Virus record (IMG/VR): IMGVR_UViG_3300022074_000004
Source: a virus
Direction: 5' to 3' (one strand)
Length of the DNA: 64,000 nucleotides
In this document: positions 32,972 through 42,256 of the stretch, piece after piece
Layout: every line of letters starts with the position of its first letter
Numbering within the stretch: the stretch's first letter is position 1
Translations under genes and position numbers: made by a program
Notes under the pieces: model-generated
Told to the model about the DNA's origin: nothing
What the model saw: only the letters and a program-made list of their open reading frames with translations
The model's database searches: none

Positions 32972-32978
32972 AGATATC

Positions 32979-33140
32979 ATGGACACTGATTTAAAGAAGT
33001 GTGTTATCAGTTATATCATAGAAAATCAATGGAAACATCCACACTTAGGTGGATTAAATTTACAAAATAGCCATCCATATCTACATCCATATAAAAATAT
33101 TCATCCACTTTATCTAAGAAATATACCTAAGAATAAGTAG
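32979..33140 (+). CDS. Hypothetical 53-aa His-Pro-rich peptide
   Basis: ATG 32979 after the gp20 stop; WKHPHL..HPYLHPYKNIHPLY. Confidence 0.4.
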   Translation: MDTDLKKCVISYIIENQWKHPHLGGLNLQNSHPYLHPYKNIHPLYLRNIPKNK

Positions 33141-33141
33141 A

Positions 33142-33149
33142 TATAAATA
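33142..33149 (+). promoter_or_regulatory. Late promoter TATAAATA before head core genes
   Basis: Perfect T4 late consensus. Confidence 0.8.
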
Positions 33150-33179
33150 ACTGTTAGTAAACTTTAATATTTTATAACT

Positions 33180-33356
33180 ATGGATGAGCTATTAGATATG
33201 ATTTCACGGGACGAGTCACCATCCCAAGTGAGCGATTCTATTAAAGAGCTTTTATTCCAAAAAGCAACTCAAAGGGTTGACGCATTCCAACCAATGGTAG
33301 CAAAAACTGCTTTTGATTTAGAGGCAGAGCAAGAGGAGGAAGCTGGAGATGAATAG
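33180..33356 (+). CDS. Small acidic prohead core-like protein (58 aa, absent from ORF track)
   Basis: Hand translation MDELLDMISRDESPSQVSDSIKELLFQKATQRVDAFQPMVAKTAFDLEAEQEEEAGDE; sits where T4 has gp67/gp68. Confidence 0.7.
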   Translation: MDELLDMISRDESPSQVSDSIKELLFQKATQRVDAFQPMVAKTAFDLEAEQEEEAGDE

Positions 33357-33609
33357 AACTTTACTAATTGGAGATGAGTCTCCAATCCCAACACTAAGTA
33401 CTTCTGCCAGTACTTTTGATTCAGCTACTGTTGTTAGAGTGGTTAACTCCACTGCTACAGCAGAAACTTTGACAATGATTAATGATGATGCGGAATCCGT
33501 ATCCATTACTATCATGCCAAACTCTATTGAGTTTATTGAAAAGAAGCCAACCTATACTATTTGGTGCAGTGCATCACTGCGAGGAGCAAAAGTAGGATTT
33601 ACAAATTAA
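33349..33609 (+). CDS. Hypothetical head-region protein
   Basis: 86-aa ORF between gp20 and gp21 ending GAKVGFTN. Confidence 0.75.
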   Translation: MNRTLLIGDESPIPTLSTSASTFDSATVVRVVNSTATAETLTMINDDAESVSITIMPNSIEFIEKKPTYTIWCSASLRGAKVGFTN

Positions 33610-33613
33610 GAAA

Positions 33614-34264
33614 ATGAAACTAATTAGGGAAGAGATAGAGAACGTAGAAGTCATTACAGAAAATGTAAATGGCAAAAAAACACTCTTTATTCAAGGTCCA
33701 TTCCTGCAGACAGAGATGAAAAATAGGAATGGAAGAATGTACAGAATGAATGTAATGGAACCAGAAGTTGGTCGTTACACCGAGTCTTACATTAATAGAG
33801 GTCGTGCTTTAGGCGAATTGGGTCACCCAGATGGTCCAACTATCAATCTCGATAGAGTTTCGCATAAAATCGTAAGTCTTCATAGAGAAGGAAATAATTT
33901 TATTGGAAAAGCACAAATCCTCTCTACACCAATGGGGAAAATTACAGAGTCTTTATTAAAAGATGGTGTTACCCTTGGCGTCTCTTCTCGTGGTATTGGT
34001 TCATTAAGAGAAACAAAAGATGGATATAAAGAAGTTGGTGAAGATTTCCAGTTAGCAACAGCTGCTGATATTGTTGCTGATCCTTCTGCGCCAGATGCTT
34101 TTGTTAATGGCATTATGGAAGGGAGAGAATGGGTTTGGGAAGGTGGTATCCTTCGGGAACAACTCGCAGAAAAAACTAAAAAAAGAATAAATACATTAGT
34201 TGATCAAAGATCGCTTGAAGAACATAAATTAAGTCTTTTTGAAGATTTTATATCAAAACTTTAA
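33614..34264 (+). CDS. gp21: Prohead core protease gp21
   Basis: NRNGRMY, ALGELGHP, GVSSRGIGS, DIVADPSAPDAFV. Confidence 0.97.
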   Translation: MKLIREEIENVEVITENVNGKKTLFIQGPFLQTEMKNRNGRMYRMNVMEPEVGRYTESYINRGRALGELGHPDGPTINLDRVSHKIVSLHREGNNFIGKAQILSTPMGKITESLLKDGVTLGVSSRGIGSLRETKDGYKEVGEDFQLATAADIVADPSAPDAFVNGIMEGREWVWEGGILREQLAEKTKKRINTLVDQRSLEEHKLSLFEDFISKL

Positions 34265-34269
34265 ATTAC

Positions 34270-34279
34270 TAAATAAATA
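34270..34279 (+). promoter_or_regulatory. Late promoter cores before gp22
   Basis: TAAATAAATA intergenic. Confidence 0.7.
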
Positions 34280-34313
34280 TAGATTATTCAAAGGTTAAAT
34301 TGGGAGAATAAAC

Positions 34314-35504
34314 ATGTCCAGTGGAGATCTACAAGAAATGGAAGTAAGCACAAAGCAGTCTAAGACTGCTGTAAATGCTGGTGCAAAACCTGCTGAACCA
34401 ATGCCAAAAATGGCCGACCCAGGAACTCAACTTGGTGCTATTGAAGATCTCGGTGGTCCTACCCCCGAGAACTATAAGCCCGATAACGATTCCGCCAAGT
34501 TCAAGGATCCTTCAGCTACCTTGAAACAGGTGAAGGATATAATCACAAAGGGTGCAAAAGCTGCAGACCCAATGCCAACCTTGGATAAGAAAAATGCTCT
34601 ACCTGAAGAGGTAGAATCTGAAGAAACCGAAGTCGAAGCAGAAGCTTCTCAGGAAGTTGTTTCAGAAGATGAGCTTGACGAGGGCTCATGTGGAAGCAAG
34701 CCAAAGAAGAAGAAAGCTGCCTACGAAGAAACTGAAGAAGAAGGTGAAGAAGTTTCTGAGGAAGAAGAAATCACTGTCGAATATAGCGTTGAAGAAGATG
34801 TCAATGCATTGTTTGAGGGTGAGGAACTATCAGAAGAATTCCAAGATAAAGCAAAAACAATTTTTGAAACTGCAATCAACGCTAAGCTCGATCAACTGAA
34901 CGAGCAGCTGACTCAGAAGTATGAGGAAGCATTTGAAGAAGAAGTTGCAGAAATGAAGAGTGCGCTCACTGAAAGAGTGGACTCCTACCTTGAGTACGTT
35001 GCTGATGAATGGTTCACTGAGAACATGATCAGCATCGAAAAAGGTCTGAAGATTGACATGACTGAGAGTTTCCTCTCAGGCATGAAGGATCTTTTTGAAG
35101 CACATTATGTAGAAATCCCTGAAGATAAATATGATGTTCTCCATAGCATGACAAATAAACTTGATGAAATGGAAAGTAAACTCAACGAGCAGATTGAGAA
35201 AAACGTTTCCCTGAATGCACGTCTCTCCGAGTCTGTTGCTGATGGAATCGTAGATCAAGTCTCTGAAGGTCTTGCACAGACACAGAAAGAGAAGCTCGCC
35301 TCACTTGCCGAAAGTGTAGAGTTTGAAAGTGAAACCCAATATCGTGAAAAGTTGGAGACTTTAAAGGAAGCATATTTTGCACCTAAGAAACAGTCTACAG
35401 CTACAACAACTGAAACCCTGTCAGAAGGCGTAAGCAATGATCACCAGCAATATTCTGGATCGATGAGTGCATATGTCAGAGCACTGGGAAGCACAGTTAA
35501 ATAA
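34314..35504 (+). CDS. gp22: Prohead core scaffold protein gp22
   Basis: Acidic coiled coil, LSEEFQDKAKTIFE, VDSYLEYVADEW; between gp21 and gp23. Confidence 0.93.
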   Translation: MSSGDLQEMEVSTKQSKTAVNAGAKPAEPMPKMADPGTQLGAIEDLGGPTPENYKPDNDSAKFKDPSATLKQVKDIITKGAKAADPMPTLDKKNALPEEVESEETEVEAEASQEVVSEDELDEGSCGSKPKKKKAAYEETEEEGEEVSEEEEITVEYSVEEDVNALFEGEELSEEFQDKAKTIFETAINAKLDQLNEQLTQKYEEAFEEEVAEMKSALTERVDSYLEYVADEWFTENMISIEKGLKIDMTESFLSGMKDLFEAHYVEIPEDKYDVLHSMTNKLDEMESKLNEQIEKNVSLNARLSESVADGIVDQVSEGLAQTQKEKLASLAESVEFESETQYREKLETLKEAYFAPKKQSTATTTETLSEGVSNDHQQYSGSMSAYVRALGSTVK

Positions 35505-35557
35505 CTGAAACTGATTTATTAAATCAAACCGTAAACGTCACACAAAGGTAAACGCAA

Positions 35558-37033
35558 ATGTTCCACTCAGAGCATCTGCAGGAAAAGTGGGCACCTCTCC
35601 TCAACCATGAGGGTCTTGATCCTATCCAGGATTCCCACCGTAAGGCAGTTACTGCCGTCCTGCTCGAAAACCAAGAAAAATTCCTCCGTGAGCAAAGTGC
35701 ATTCGAAAATGGCACTACAATGCTTACAGAAACACCAAATATGCACACCAATAGCGGTGCATCTGGTTCACCTGCTGGTTTCTCAGGTACTGCTGCTGCA
35801 GCAGGTCCTGTCGCAGGTTTCGATCCAGTTCTGATCTCCCTGATCAGACGCTCTATGCCTAACCTGGTCGCTTATGACCTCGCAGGCGTTCAACCAATGA
35901 ATGGTCCTACCGGACTGATCTTCGCAATGCGTTCGCGCTACGAAAATCAGGCTGGAGCGGAGACATTCTTCGACGAAGTCGATTCAGCATTCTCTGGACA
36001 AGATGCTGGTGGCGACATCACCCAAGGTAACTATGTTGATGGTTCCAGTGGTGCTGCTGCTGGTTTTGGTGCTGCTGCACAAGCAGGATCCAACCCTAAC
36101 GTCCTGAACCCAGTTGGCGCTGACGAAGCTGCACAAAATGCACAGCAGCTTCAGTATAAAGTTGGTCAGGGTATGCAAACTGCAGATTCTGAGGCACTCG
36201 GAAGCGCAGCTGGCGATCACTTCAACCAGATGGCATTCTCAATCGAGAAGGTCACTGTAACCGCTAAGTCCAGAGCACTGAAGGCAGAATACAGCCTTGA
36301 GCTTGCACAGGATCTGAAGGCAATTCATGGCCTGAATGCAGAAGCTGAGTTGGCAAACATTCTGTCAACTGAGATTCTTTCTGAAATCAACCGTGAAGTC
36401 ATCAGAACTCTGTACAAGGTTGCTGAACCTGGCGCACAGCACAACGTTGCAACCGCTGGTCTGTTTGACCTCGATGTTGACTCCAACGGTCGTTGGTCTG
36501 TTGAGAAGTTCAAGGGTCTTCTGTTCCAGATGGAGCGTGATGCAAACGCAATCGCACAAAGAACACGTCGCGGAAAGGGCAACATCGTCATGTGCTCAGC
36601 AGACGTTGCTTCTGCACTGACCATGGCTGGTGTACTCGATTACACCCCTGCTCTGAATGCAAACCTGAACGTTGATGACACCGGCAACACCTTCGCAGGT
36701 ACACTGCAAGGCAAGTATCGCGTATACATCGATCCTTATTCAGGTGGTTCAAACCCAGGATCCAATGGTGCTCAGTACTATGTCATGGGTTATAAGGGTT
36801 CTTCACCTTATGATGCTGGCATGTTCTACTGCCCATATGTACCTCTGCAGATGGTACGTGCAGTTGGAGAGAACACCTTCCAGCCTAAGATCGGCTTTAA
36901 GACCCGTTACGGTCTGGTAGCTAACCCATTCGCTGAAGGTCCAGATACCGCTAACGGCGCACAAGGTCTTGGAAGACTGACAATGAACTCCAACCGTTAC
37001 TACAGACGTGTAATGGTTAAGAACCTTATGTGA
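35558..37033 (+). CDS. gp23: Major capsid protein gp23
   Basis: FDPVLISLIRR, GVQPMNGPTGLIFAMRSRY, RALKAEYSLELAQDLKAIHGL, FQPKIGFKTRYG; strong codon bias. Confidence 0.99.
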   Translation: MFHSEHLQEKWAPLLNHEGLDPIQDSHRKAVTAVLLENQEKFLREQSAFENGTTMLTETPNMHTNSGASGSPAGFSGTAAAAGPVAGFDPVLISLIRRSMPNLVAYDLAGVQPMNGPTGLIFAMRSRYENQAGAETFFDEVDSAFSGQDAGGDITQGNYVDGSSGAAAGFGAAAQAGSNPNVLNPVGADEAAQNAQQLQYKVGQGMQTADSEALGSAAGDHFNQMAFSIEKVTVTAKSRALKAEYSLELAQDLKAIHGLNAEAELANILSTEILSEINREVIRTLYKVAEPGAQHNVATAGLFDLDVDSNGRWSVEKFKGLLFQMERDANAIAQRTRRGKGNIVMCSADVASALTMAGVLDYTPALNANLNVDDTGNTFAGTLQGKYRVYIDPYSGGSNPGSNGAQYYVMGYKGSSPYDAGMFYCPYVPLQMVRAVGENTFQPKIGFKTRYGLVANPFAEGPDTANGAQGLGRLTMNSNRYYRRVMVKNLM

Positions 37034-37065
37034 TATAATATAAGTTCCGTGTGAAGGAAGTGTCT

Positions 37066-37092
37066 GAGGGTCTTTCGAGACCCTCTTTTTTT
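37066..37092 (+). terminator. Intrinsic terminator after gp23
   Basis: GAGGGTCT-TTCG-AGACCCTC followed by T7. Confidence 0.92.
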
Positions 37093-37097
37093 ATCCA

Positions 37098-37103
37098 TAA
37101 ATA
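37098..37103 (+). promoter_or_regulatory. Late promoter core before gp3
   Basis: CATAAATA just after the terminator. Confidence 0.7.
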
Positions 37104-37112
37104 TTCAATAAA

Positions 37113-37667
37113 ATGGCAAATTTTGCAAGACAAATTGAAAATAGAAATTTTTTGTCTCCGATAGGATTCAAGTTTACTTTGACTAGAGCTCCAAAGTCAT
37201 CATATTTTTGTAACAAAGCAAATATTCCCGAGTTGGTTTTGGGAACAACTGCTCAACCAAACTACTTCAGACCAATTCCACAACCAGGTGAAATAATTGA
37301 GTTTGGTGATTTGACAATAACATTCTTAGTAGATGAAAATTTAGAAAATTATATGGAAATCCAAAATTGGATACGTGGTTTAGGATTTCCGGAAAGGGGT
37401 TCTGAGTTTGGAGAATTATTAGATGGAGGAGTAGTTCCAGTTGGAGATCCTACAGACCCTCAAAACATATATTCTGATGGAACTCTTCAAGTGCTGGGTA
37501 GCAATTTTACTCCAAAATTTGAAGTATACTTCAATGATTTATTTCCATATAGGTTGACTACACTCGATTTTGATGCTACAAGTACGGATGTAGACTACTT
37601 TACAGCAGAGGTAGGTTTCAAGTATACTATGTACAAGATATGTAATGAAAAGGGCGAATACTTATGA
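37113..37667 (+). CDS. gp3: Tail completion / tube terminator gp3
   Basis: NRNFLSPIGFKF, FLVDENLENYMEIQNWI, SDGTL; follows gp23. Confidence 0.9.
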   Translation: MANFARQIENRNFLSPIGFKFTLTRAPKSSYFCNKANIPELVLGTTAQPNYFRPIPQPGEIIEFGDLTITFLVDENLENYMEIQNWIRGLGFPERGSEFGELLDGGVVPVGDPTDPQNIYSDGTLQVLGSNFTPKFEVYFNDLFPYRLTTLDFDATSTDVDYFTAEVGFKYTMYKICNEKGEYL

Positions 37668-38146
37668 TCGGATTTGAGAATGAAATTGTTATTGAAGTTG
37701 ATAAGGGTGCGATTAATCTTGAGGTAGTCCAAAAAATGTGGGAAAAAGATTCCGAACTTGATATGGACAATCTACATCAGGAAGCAATTAATACATCCAG
37801 GTTACATGCAAAATATTATGAATTATATAATATGACAAAATTATTGAAAGAGAGGGCTGAGCAGGTAAGAAAAAACATTAGACATCAAAGATATGAATTT
37901 TATTCCGGGAAAGCAGATCCTGAAATCTATCAAGAAAATCCTTTTCCCAAAAAGATTAGGGATAAAGAAACTATGCAAAAGTATCTGGATGCAGATCAGG
38001 AACTCACAAGATTTTCGTTAAAGATTAAGTATTACGATATAATTTTAGATTATATAGATAATATACTGAACAAAATGATTGCTAATAGATCTTACCAGAT
38101 TCGAGCCGCAATTGATTTCATGAAATTTAACTCAGGGTTGGGATAA
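37664..38146 (+). CDS. uvsY: Recombination mediator UvsY
   Basis: MWEKDS..LHAKYY, YSGKADPE, YLDAD, RSYQIRAAIDFMKFNSG; upstream of uvsW. Confidence 0.9.
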   Translation: MIGFENEIVIEVDKGAINLEVVQKMWEKDSELDMDNLHQEAINTSRLHAKYYELYNMTKLLKERAEQVRKNIRHQRYEFYSGKADPEIYQENPFPKKIRDKETMQKYLDADQELTRFSLKIKYYDIILDYIDNILNKMIANRSYQIRAAIDFMKFNSGLG

Positions 38147-38358
38147 TGGAAGACGAATTTTTTGAGGAAGAATTTGAAACAGCATATCAATTAGAAGTCG
38201 GTATAGACGATATATATTTGATGTATCACTGTGTTCAAGAAACAATTAAAAATTGGCCAGGAGCTCCTGCTAGGCCAGTTGAAGAACAACAACATCTTTG
38301 GGATTTGAGAGATAATCTTTATCGATGTATTTTGGATCATAAGTTTCACGAAATGTGA
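38146..38358 (+). CDS. Hypothetical protein
   Basis: 70-aa coupled ORF, WPGAPARPVEEQQHLW. Confidence 0.7.
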   Translation: MEDEFFEEEFETAYQLEVGIDDIYLMYHCVQETIKNWPGAPARPVEEQQHLWDLRDNLYRCILDHKFHEM

Positions 38359-38385
38359 TAAATAATCATAGATGATTATACGTTT

Positions 38386-39873
38386 GTGATTGATACGACA
38401 GCAAATCTTATTATATCCAAATCCAACGAAGTTTTTTTAAAAGTAAAAACAGAACCTCACATTGAATATGAGCTAAGAGATCATTTTACTTTTGAAGTTC
38501 CGAATGCAAAGTTCATGCCACAGTATCGTGGCAAAAATTGGAATGGAGAAATACATTTATTTGATATGAGATCAAAACAGATCTATGTTGGTCTGTTAGA
38601 TAAGATTGTGCAGTTTTGTGATAATTATAATTACACGTATAAATTTGAAGATAATAAATTTTACGGAGCTCCATATGAAGAGAATGAAGACATCACGTAT
38701 GAAGGTGTCAAAGGATATATGGAAGCAATTACTCGCTATAGTCCAAGGAAGTATCAGGTCGAGGGAGTATATGGTGCGCTAAAACATAACAGGAAATTAT
38801 TGATAAGCCCAACTGCTTCTGGAAAATCTCTGATGATTTACTCAATCGTGAGATACTATCATTCTCAAGGCGAAAAAATATTGCTAGTTCTACCAACGAC
38901 ATCTTTAGTAGAGCAGTTATATAAGGATTTTGAGGATTATGGATGGGATTCGGAAGCATACTGTCACAAAATATATTCAGGTAGAGAAAAAAGTAATGAT
39001 ATGCCAGTTACAATTACAACGTGGCAATCTATTTACAAGTTGGATAGATCTTTTTTTGAAGATTATAATGTCATTATAGGTGATGAAGCTCATTTATTCA
39101 AGAGCAAGTCTCTTATACAAATTATGACTAAATTACACCATGCAAAGTATAGATTTGGGTTCACAGGTACTTTAGACGGCACACAGACGCACAAGTGGGT
39201 CTTAGAGGGCTTGTTTGGACCGTCATATAAAGTAACAAAAACAGAAGAGTTGATGAGGAAGGGTCATCTTGCTCAACTTGATATTCAGTGCCTTGTCCTA
39301 AAACATGAAGGAAAAAATTTTAACAGCTATGAAGATGAAATTCAATATTTAATATCTCATGAACAAAGAAATGCATTTATAAAAAACTTGACACTAGATC
39401 TAAAAGGAAATACTTTAGTTCTCTTTCAAAGAGTAGAATCTCATGGATCTATATTATACGAAAAGATAAATAAAGATAAGCGAGATGAGCATAAAGTATT
39501 TTTTGTACATGGCGGAGTGGATACTGAAGAAAGAGAATTAGTTCGTGAAATTACTGAAAGGGAAAATCACGCAATTATTGTAGCATCATATGGAACTTTT
39601 TCAACAGGGATCAATATAAAAAATCTTCATAATGTGATATTTGCATCTCCATCAAAGTCTAGAATTAGAAATTTGCAATCGATTGGTAGAGTTCTTAGGA
39701 AGTCTAGCAATAAATCTAAAGCAATTCTTTATGATATCGGAGATGATATAAGAAAGGGATCTAAAAATAATTATACTCTTAATCACTTAATAGAGAGAAT
39801 AAAAATATATAATGAAGAAAAATTTAATTATGAAATAGTCACAATTCAACTTAGAAAAGGAGATTCCATGTGA
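38386..39873 (+). CDS. uvsW: SF2 helicase UvsW
   Basis: SPTASGKS, GDEAH, TGT, QSIGRVLR; TAAATA at 38359-38364. Confidence 0.96.
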   Translation: MIDTTANLIISKSNEVFLKVKTEPHIEYELRDHFTFEVPNAKFMPQYRGKNWNGEIHLFDMRSKQIYVGLLDKIVQFCDNYNYTYKFEDNKFYGAPYEENEDITYEGVKGYMEAITRYSPRKYQVEGVYGALKHNRKLLISPTASGKSLMIYSIVRYYHSQGEKILLVLPTTSLVEQLYKDFEDYGWDSEAYCHKIYSGREKSNDMPVTITTWQSIYKLDRSFFEDYNVIIGDEAHLFKSKSLIQIMTKLHHAKYRFGFTGTLDGTQTHKWVLEGLFGPSYKVTKTEELMRKGHLAQLDIQCLVLKHEGKNFNSYEDEIQYLISHEQRNAFIKNLTLDLKGNTLVLFQRVESHGSILYEKINKDKRDEHKVFFVHGGVDTEERELVREITERENHAIIVASYGTFSTGINIKNLHNVIFASPSKSRIRNLQSIGRVLRKSSNKSKAILYDIGDDIRKGSKNNYTLNHLIERIKIYNEEKFNYEIVTIQLRKGDSM

Positions 39874-40283
39874 TAGAAGAAGACTTTTATGCTGTCATTA
39901 AACTTAAAACAGGAGAGGAAGTATTTGCAAAGGTTGCTGCCTCAGAAGAAGATGATAGAATATTTTTAATATTATCAAATCCAGTAGTAATTGGTGAAGT
40001 GCATATTAAGTCTGATATTGTAGGCTATAAGATCGAACCTTGGATCAAGATGTCTAAGGATGATTTATTTTTTATAAATTTAGATGATGTACTAACTATG
40101 TCCGAATCATTTGATCTTGAAGTCATTCGTATGCATCAAGAATATATTCATAGAAATAAAAGACATAAGAATGGTGGGTCCGGACAGATCACTAAGAAGA
40201 TGGGGTATATTAGCAATATTCATGATGCAAAGGAAATTCTAGAAAAACTCTTCAATAAAGAATCTGAAACTGATTTAGATTAG
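39870..40283 (+). CDS. Conserved hypothetical protein between uvsW and gp55 (possible Sm-like fold)
   Basis: IKLKTGEEVFAKV N-terminus; syntenic position. Confidence 0.75.
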   Translation: MIEEDFYAVIKLKTGEEVFAKVAASEEDDRIFLILSNPVVIGEVHIKSDIVGYKIEPWIKMSKDDLFFINLDDVLTMSESFDLEVIRMHQEYIHRNKRHKNGGSGQITKKMGYISNIHDAKEILEKLFNKESETDLD

Positions 40284-40317
40284 TATCTATAGTATTTCTA
40301 TCAACCCTGACAGAGTT

Positions 40318-40346
40318 ATCCTACTCATATTTTCATAGTTTGTCAA
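40318..40346 (-). promoter_or_regulatory. Antisense sigma70-type promoter TTGACA-17-TAGGAT
   Basis: TGTCAA at 40341-40346 and ATCCTA at 40318-40323 on the + strand, 17-nt spacer. Confidence 0.55.
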
Positions 40347-40351
40347 GTGAT

Positions 40352-40380
40352 TTGGCAATAATCAATTTCAGTGATATAAT
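40352..40380 (+). promoter_or_regulatory. Sigma70-type promoter for gp55
   Basis: TTGGCA-17-TATAAT with extended TGn. Confidence 0.75.
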
Positions 40381-40405
40381 TACTACATAATTATGAAAGT
40401 ATTTT

Positions 40406-40942
40406 ATGTTGAGTAATACTGTGGCAAAAAGAAAAAGATCAGAGCACTACGTAAACAATAAAGAGTTCCTGGCAGCACTGTCTGAATATAGGGCAGAGGT
40501 TGAGAGAACTTTTATTCAGAAATATGGAAGAGAACCAACAAAGGAAGATAGGTCTCAGAGATGGGATACAAAGCCAAGGATACCCAGGTATATTGGTGAG
40601 TGTTTTCTTAAGATTGCAAATCATCTATCATTTAAACCAAACTTTGTAAACTACATGTTCAAAGAGGATATGATTTCTGATGGGATTGAAAATTGTGTTC
40701 AGTATATTCACAATTTTGATCCATCAAAGTCTCAGAATCCCTTTGCATACTTCACTCAAATTATTCACTACGCTTTTCTTCGTAGGATTCAGAGAGAGAA
40801 ACGTCAATTGGAGATCAAGAATAAAATCATTGAGAAGTCCGGATACAGCGAGGTGTTTGACGATAGCAATACACTTGACGGATCCAACTATTCTGACTAT
40901 AATCAAATTAAGGATTATGTTCACTCAAAACTTCGTCACTAA
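40406..40942 (+). CDS. gp55: Late transcription sigma factor gp55
   Basis: HYVNNKEF, YIGECFLKIA, DMISDGIENC, NPFAYFTQIIHYAFLRRI. Confidence 0.96.
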   Translation: MLSNTVAKRKRSEHYVNNKEFLAALSEYRAEVERTFIQKYGREPTKEDRSQRWDTKPRIPRYIGECFLKIANHLSFKPNFVNYMFKEDMISDGIENCVQYIHNFDPSKSQNPFAYFTQIIHYAFLRRIQREKRQLEIKNKIIEKSGYSEVFDDSNTLDGSNYSDYNQIKDYVHSKLRH

Positions 40943-41982
40943 TGAAAGTTGCTATTATTACGGACACACATTACGGTGCTCGTAAAAATTCCAAATTATT
41001 TCATGATTATTTTTTAAGATTTTATAACGATATATTTTTCCCGACCATAGATAAGGAAGGCATCGATACGATCTTGCATCTTGGTGATGCATTTGATAAT
41101 CGTACTGCAGTTAATTTTGCTGCATTATCTTGGTCAAAAGATAATATCTTTGATCCAATTAAAGATAGGGGTATTAATGTTCACTTGATTGTTGGTAATC
41201 ATGATTCTTACTATAAGAATACAAATGACGTGAACGCAGTTGATCTTCTTCTTCGTGAATATGATAATGTGAGTGTGTATTCTGAAGTAACAGAAGTATT
41301 AATTGATAAGCTTAAGATCCTGTTTATTCCTTGGATTAATTCAGAAAATGAAGAAAACTCTTTTAAACTTATTCAAAGTACGGATTGCAAAGTGTCGATG
41401 GGGCACCTTGAACTCGCAGGGTTTGCAGCTAATAAGCAAGTCTTCATGGAGCATGGTTATGATAGCAAACTATTTCAGAAGTTCGAGAAAGTATTCAGCG
41501 GTCACTATCACACTCGATCAACTGATGGAAAAATCACATATTTGGGCAACCCATATGAGATTTACTGGAATGATGTAGAAGATCCTCGGGGATTTCATAT
41601 CTTCGATACCGATACTCTTAAACTTACACCAATTAACAATCCATACCGATTGTTTTACAAGTTGTATTATAACGATGAACCTGCATCTCTTCTTGATGCT
41701 AGACCTTATAGAGACAAGATTGTAAAATTAATTGTCCGTAACAAACCAAGACCAAAAGAGTTTGAGAAAGTAGTTGACAAGCTTTACTCAGCTGGAGTTG
41801 CTGATCTTAAAGTTATAGAGAATTTTGTTATTCAGGAGGCAGAAGATTTTGAAGCCTATGAAACAGAAGATACTCTATCCATTCTAAATCGTTACATTGA
41901 GGATTCTGAAGTTGACCTTGATAAAAACAAGATTAAGATCATTATGGAGCAAGTCTACAAAGAAGCATGTGAGATGATATAA
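40942..41982 (+). CDS. gp47: Recombination endonuclease gp47 (Mre11/SbcD-like)
   Basis: DTHYG, LGDAFD, GNHD, SGHYH phosphoesterase motifs. Confidence 0.96.
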   Translation: MKVAIITDTHYGARKNSKLFHDYFLRFYNDIFFPTIDKEGIDTILHLGDAFDNRTAVNFAALSWSKDNIFDPIKDRGINVHLIVGNHDSYYKNTNDVNAVDLLLREYDNVSVYSEVTEVLIDKLKILFIPWINSENEENSFKLIQSTDCKVSMGHLELAGFAANKQVFMEHGYDSKLFQKFEKVFSGHYHTRSTDGKITYLGNPYEIYWNDVEDPRGFHIFDTDTLKLTPINNPYRLFYKLYYNDEPASLLDARPYRDKIVKLIVRNKPRPKEFEKVVDKLYSAGVADLKVIENFVIQEAEDFEAYETEDTLSILNRYIEDSEVDLDKNKIKIIMEQVYKEACEMI

Positions 41983-41983
41983 T

Positions 41984-42256
41984 ATGTTTGTAATTAGCGT
42001 TTCTGGTAGAGAAAGTGATAGCATTTACTATGCTATTGATGAGAATAAGGAAGAGGTTATCTACTTTTTCGAAGAAGTGGATGATGCGGTTAGATTTGCT
42101 ATGATGCTTGAAGATGATGGTTATCCCCAAATGGTTGTCACTGAAGTTGATAGAGAAGTAGCTATTCAAAGCTGCGAAGTTAATGATTGCAAGTATGCTA
42201 TCATTACAAAAAATGATTTTGTAATTCCTCAGGAGGGAAATCGTGATTTTATTTGA
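41984..42256 (+). CDS. Conserved hypothetical protein
   Basis: Acidic 90-aa ORF between gp47 and gp46. Confidence 0.75.
   Translation: MFVISVSGRESDSIYYAIDENKEEVIYFFEEVDDAVRFAMMLEDDGYPQMVVTEVDREVAIQSCEVNDCKYAIITKNDFVIPQEGNRDFI

Noticed and set aside
32763-32978. 5' part of the 125-aa ORF overlapping gp20
   Set aside because: Out-of-frame overlap with the portal C-terminus; only the part from ATG 32979 is plausible
35558-37033. Higher GC of gp23 as a sign of horizontal transfer
   Set aside because: Explained by codon bias of a very highly expressed core gene
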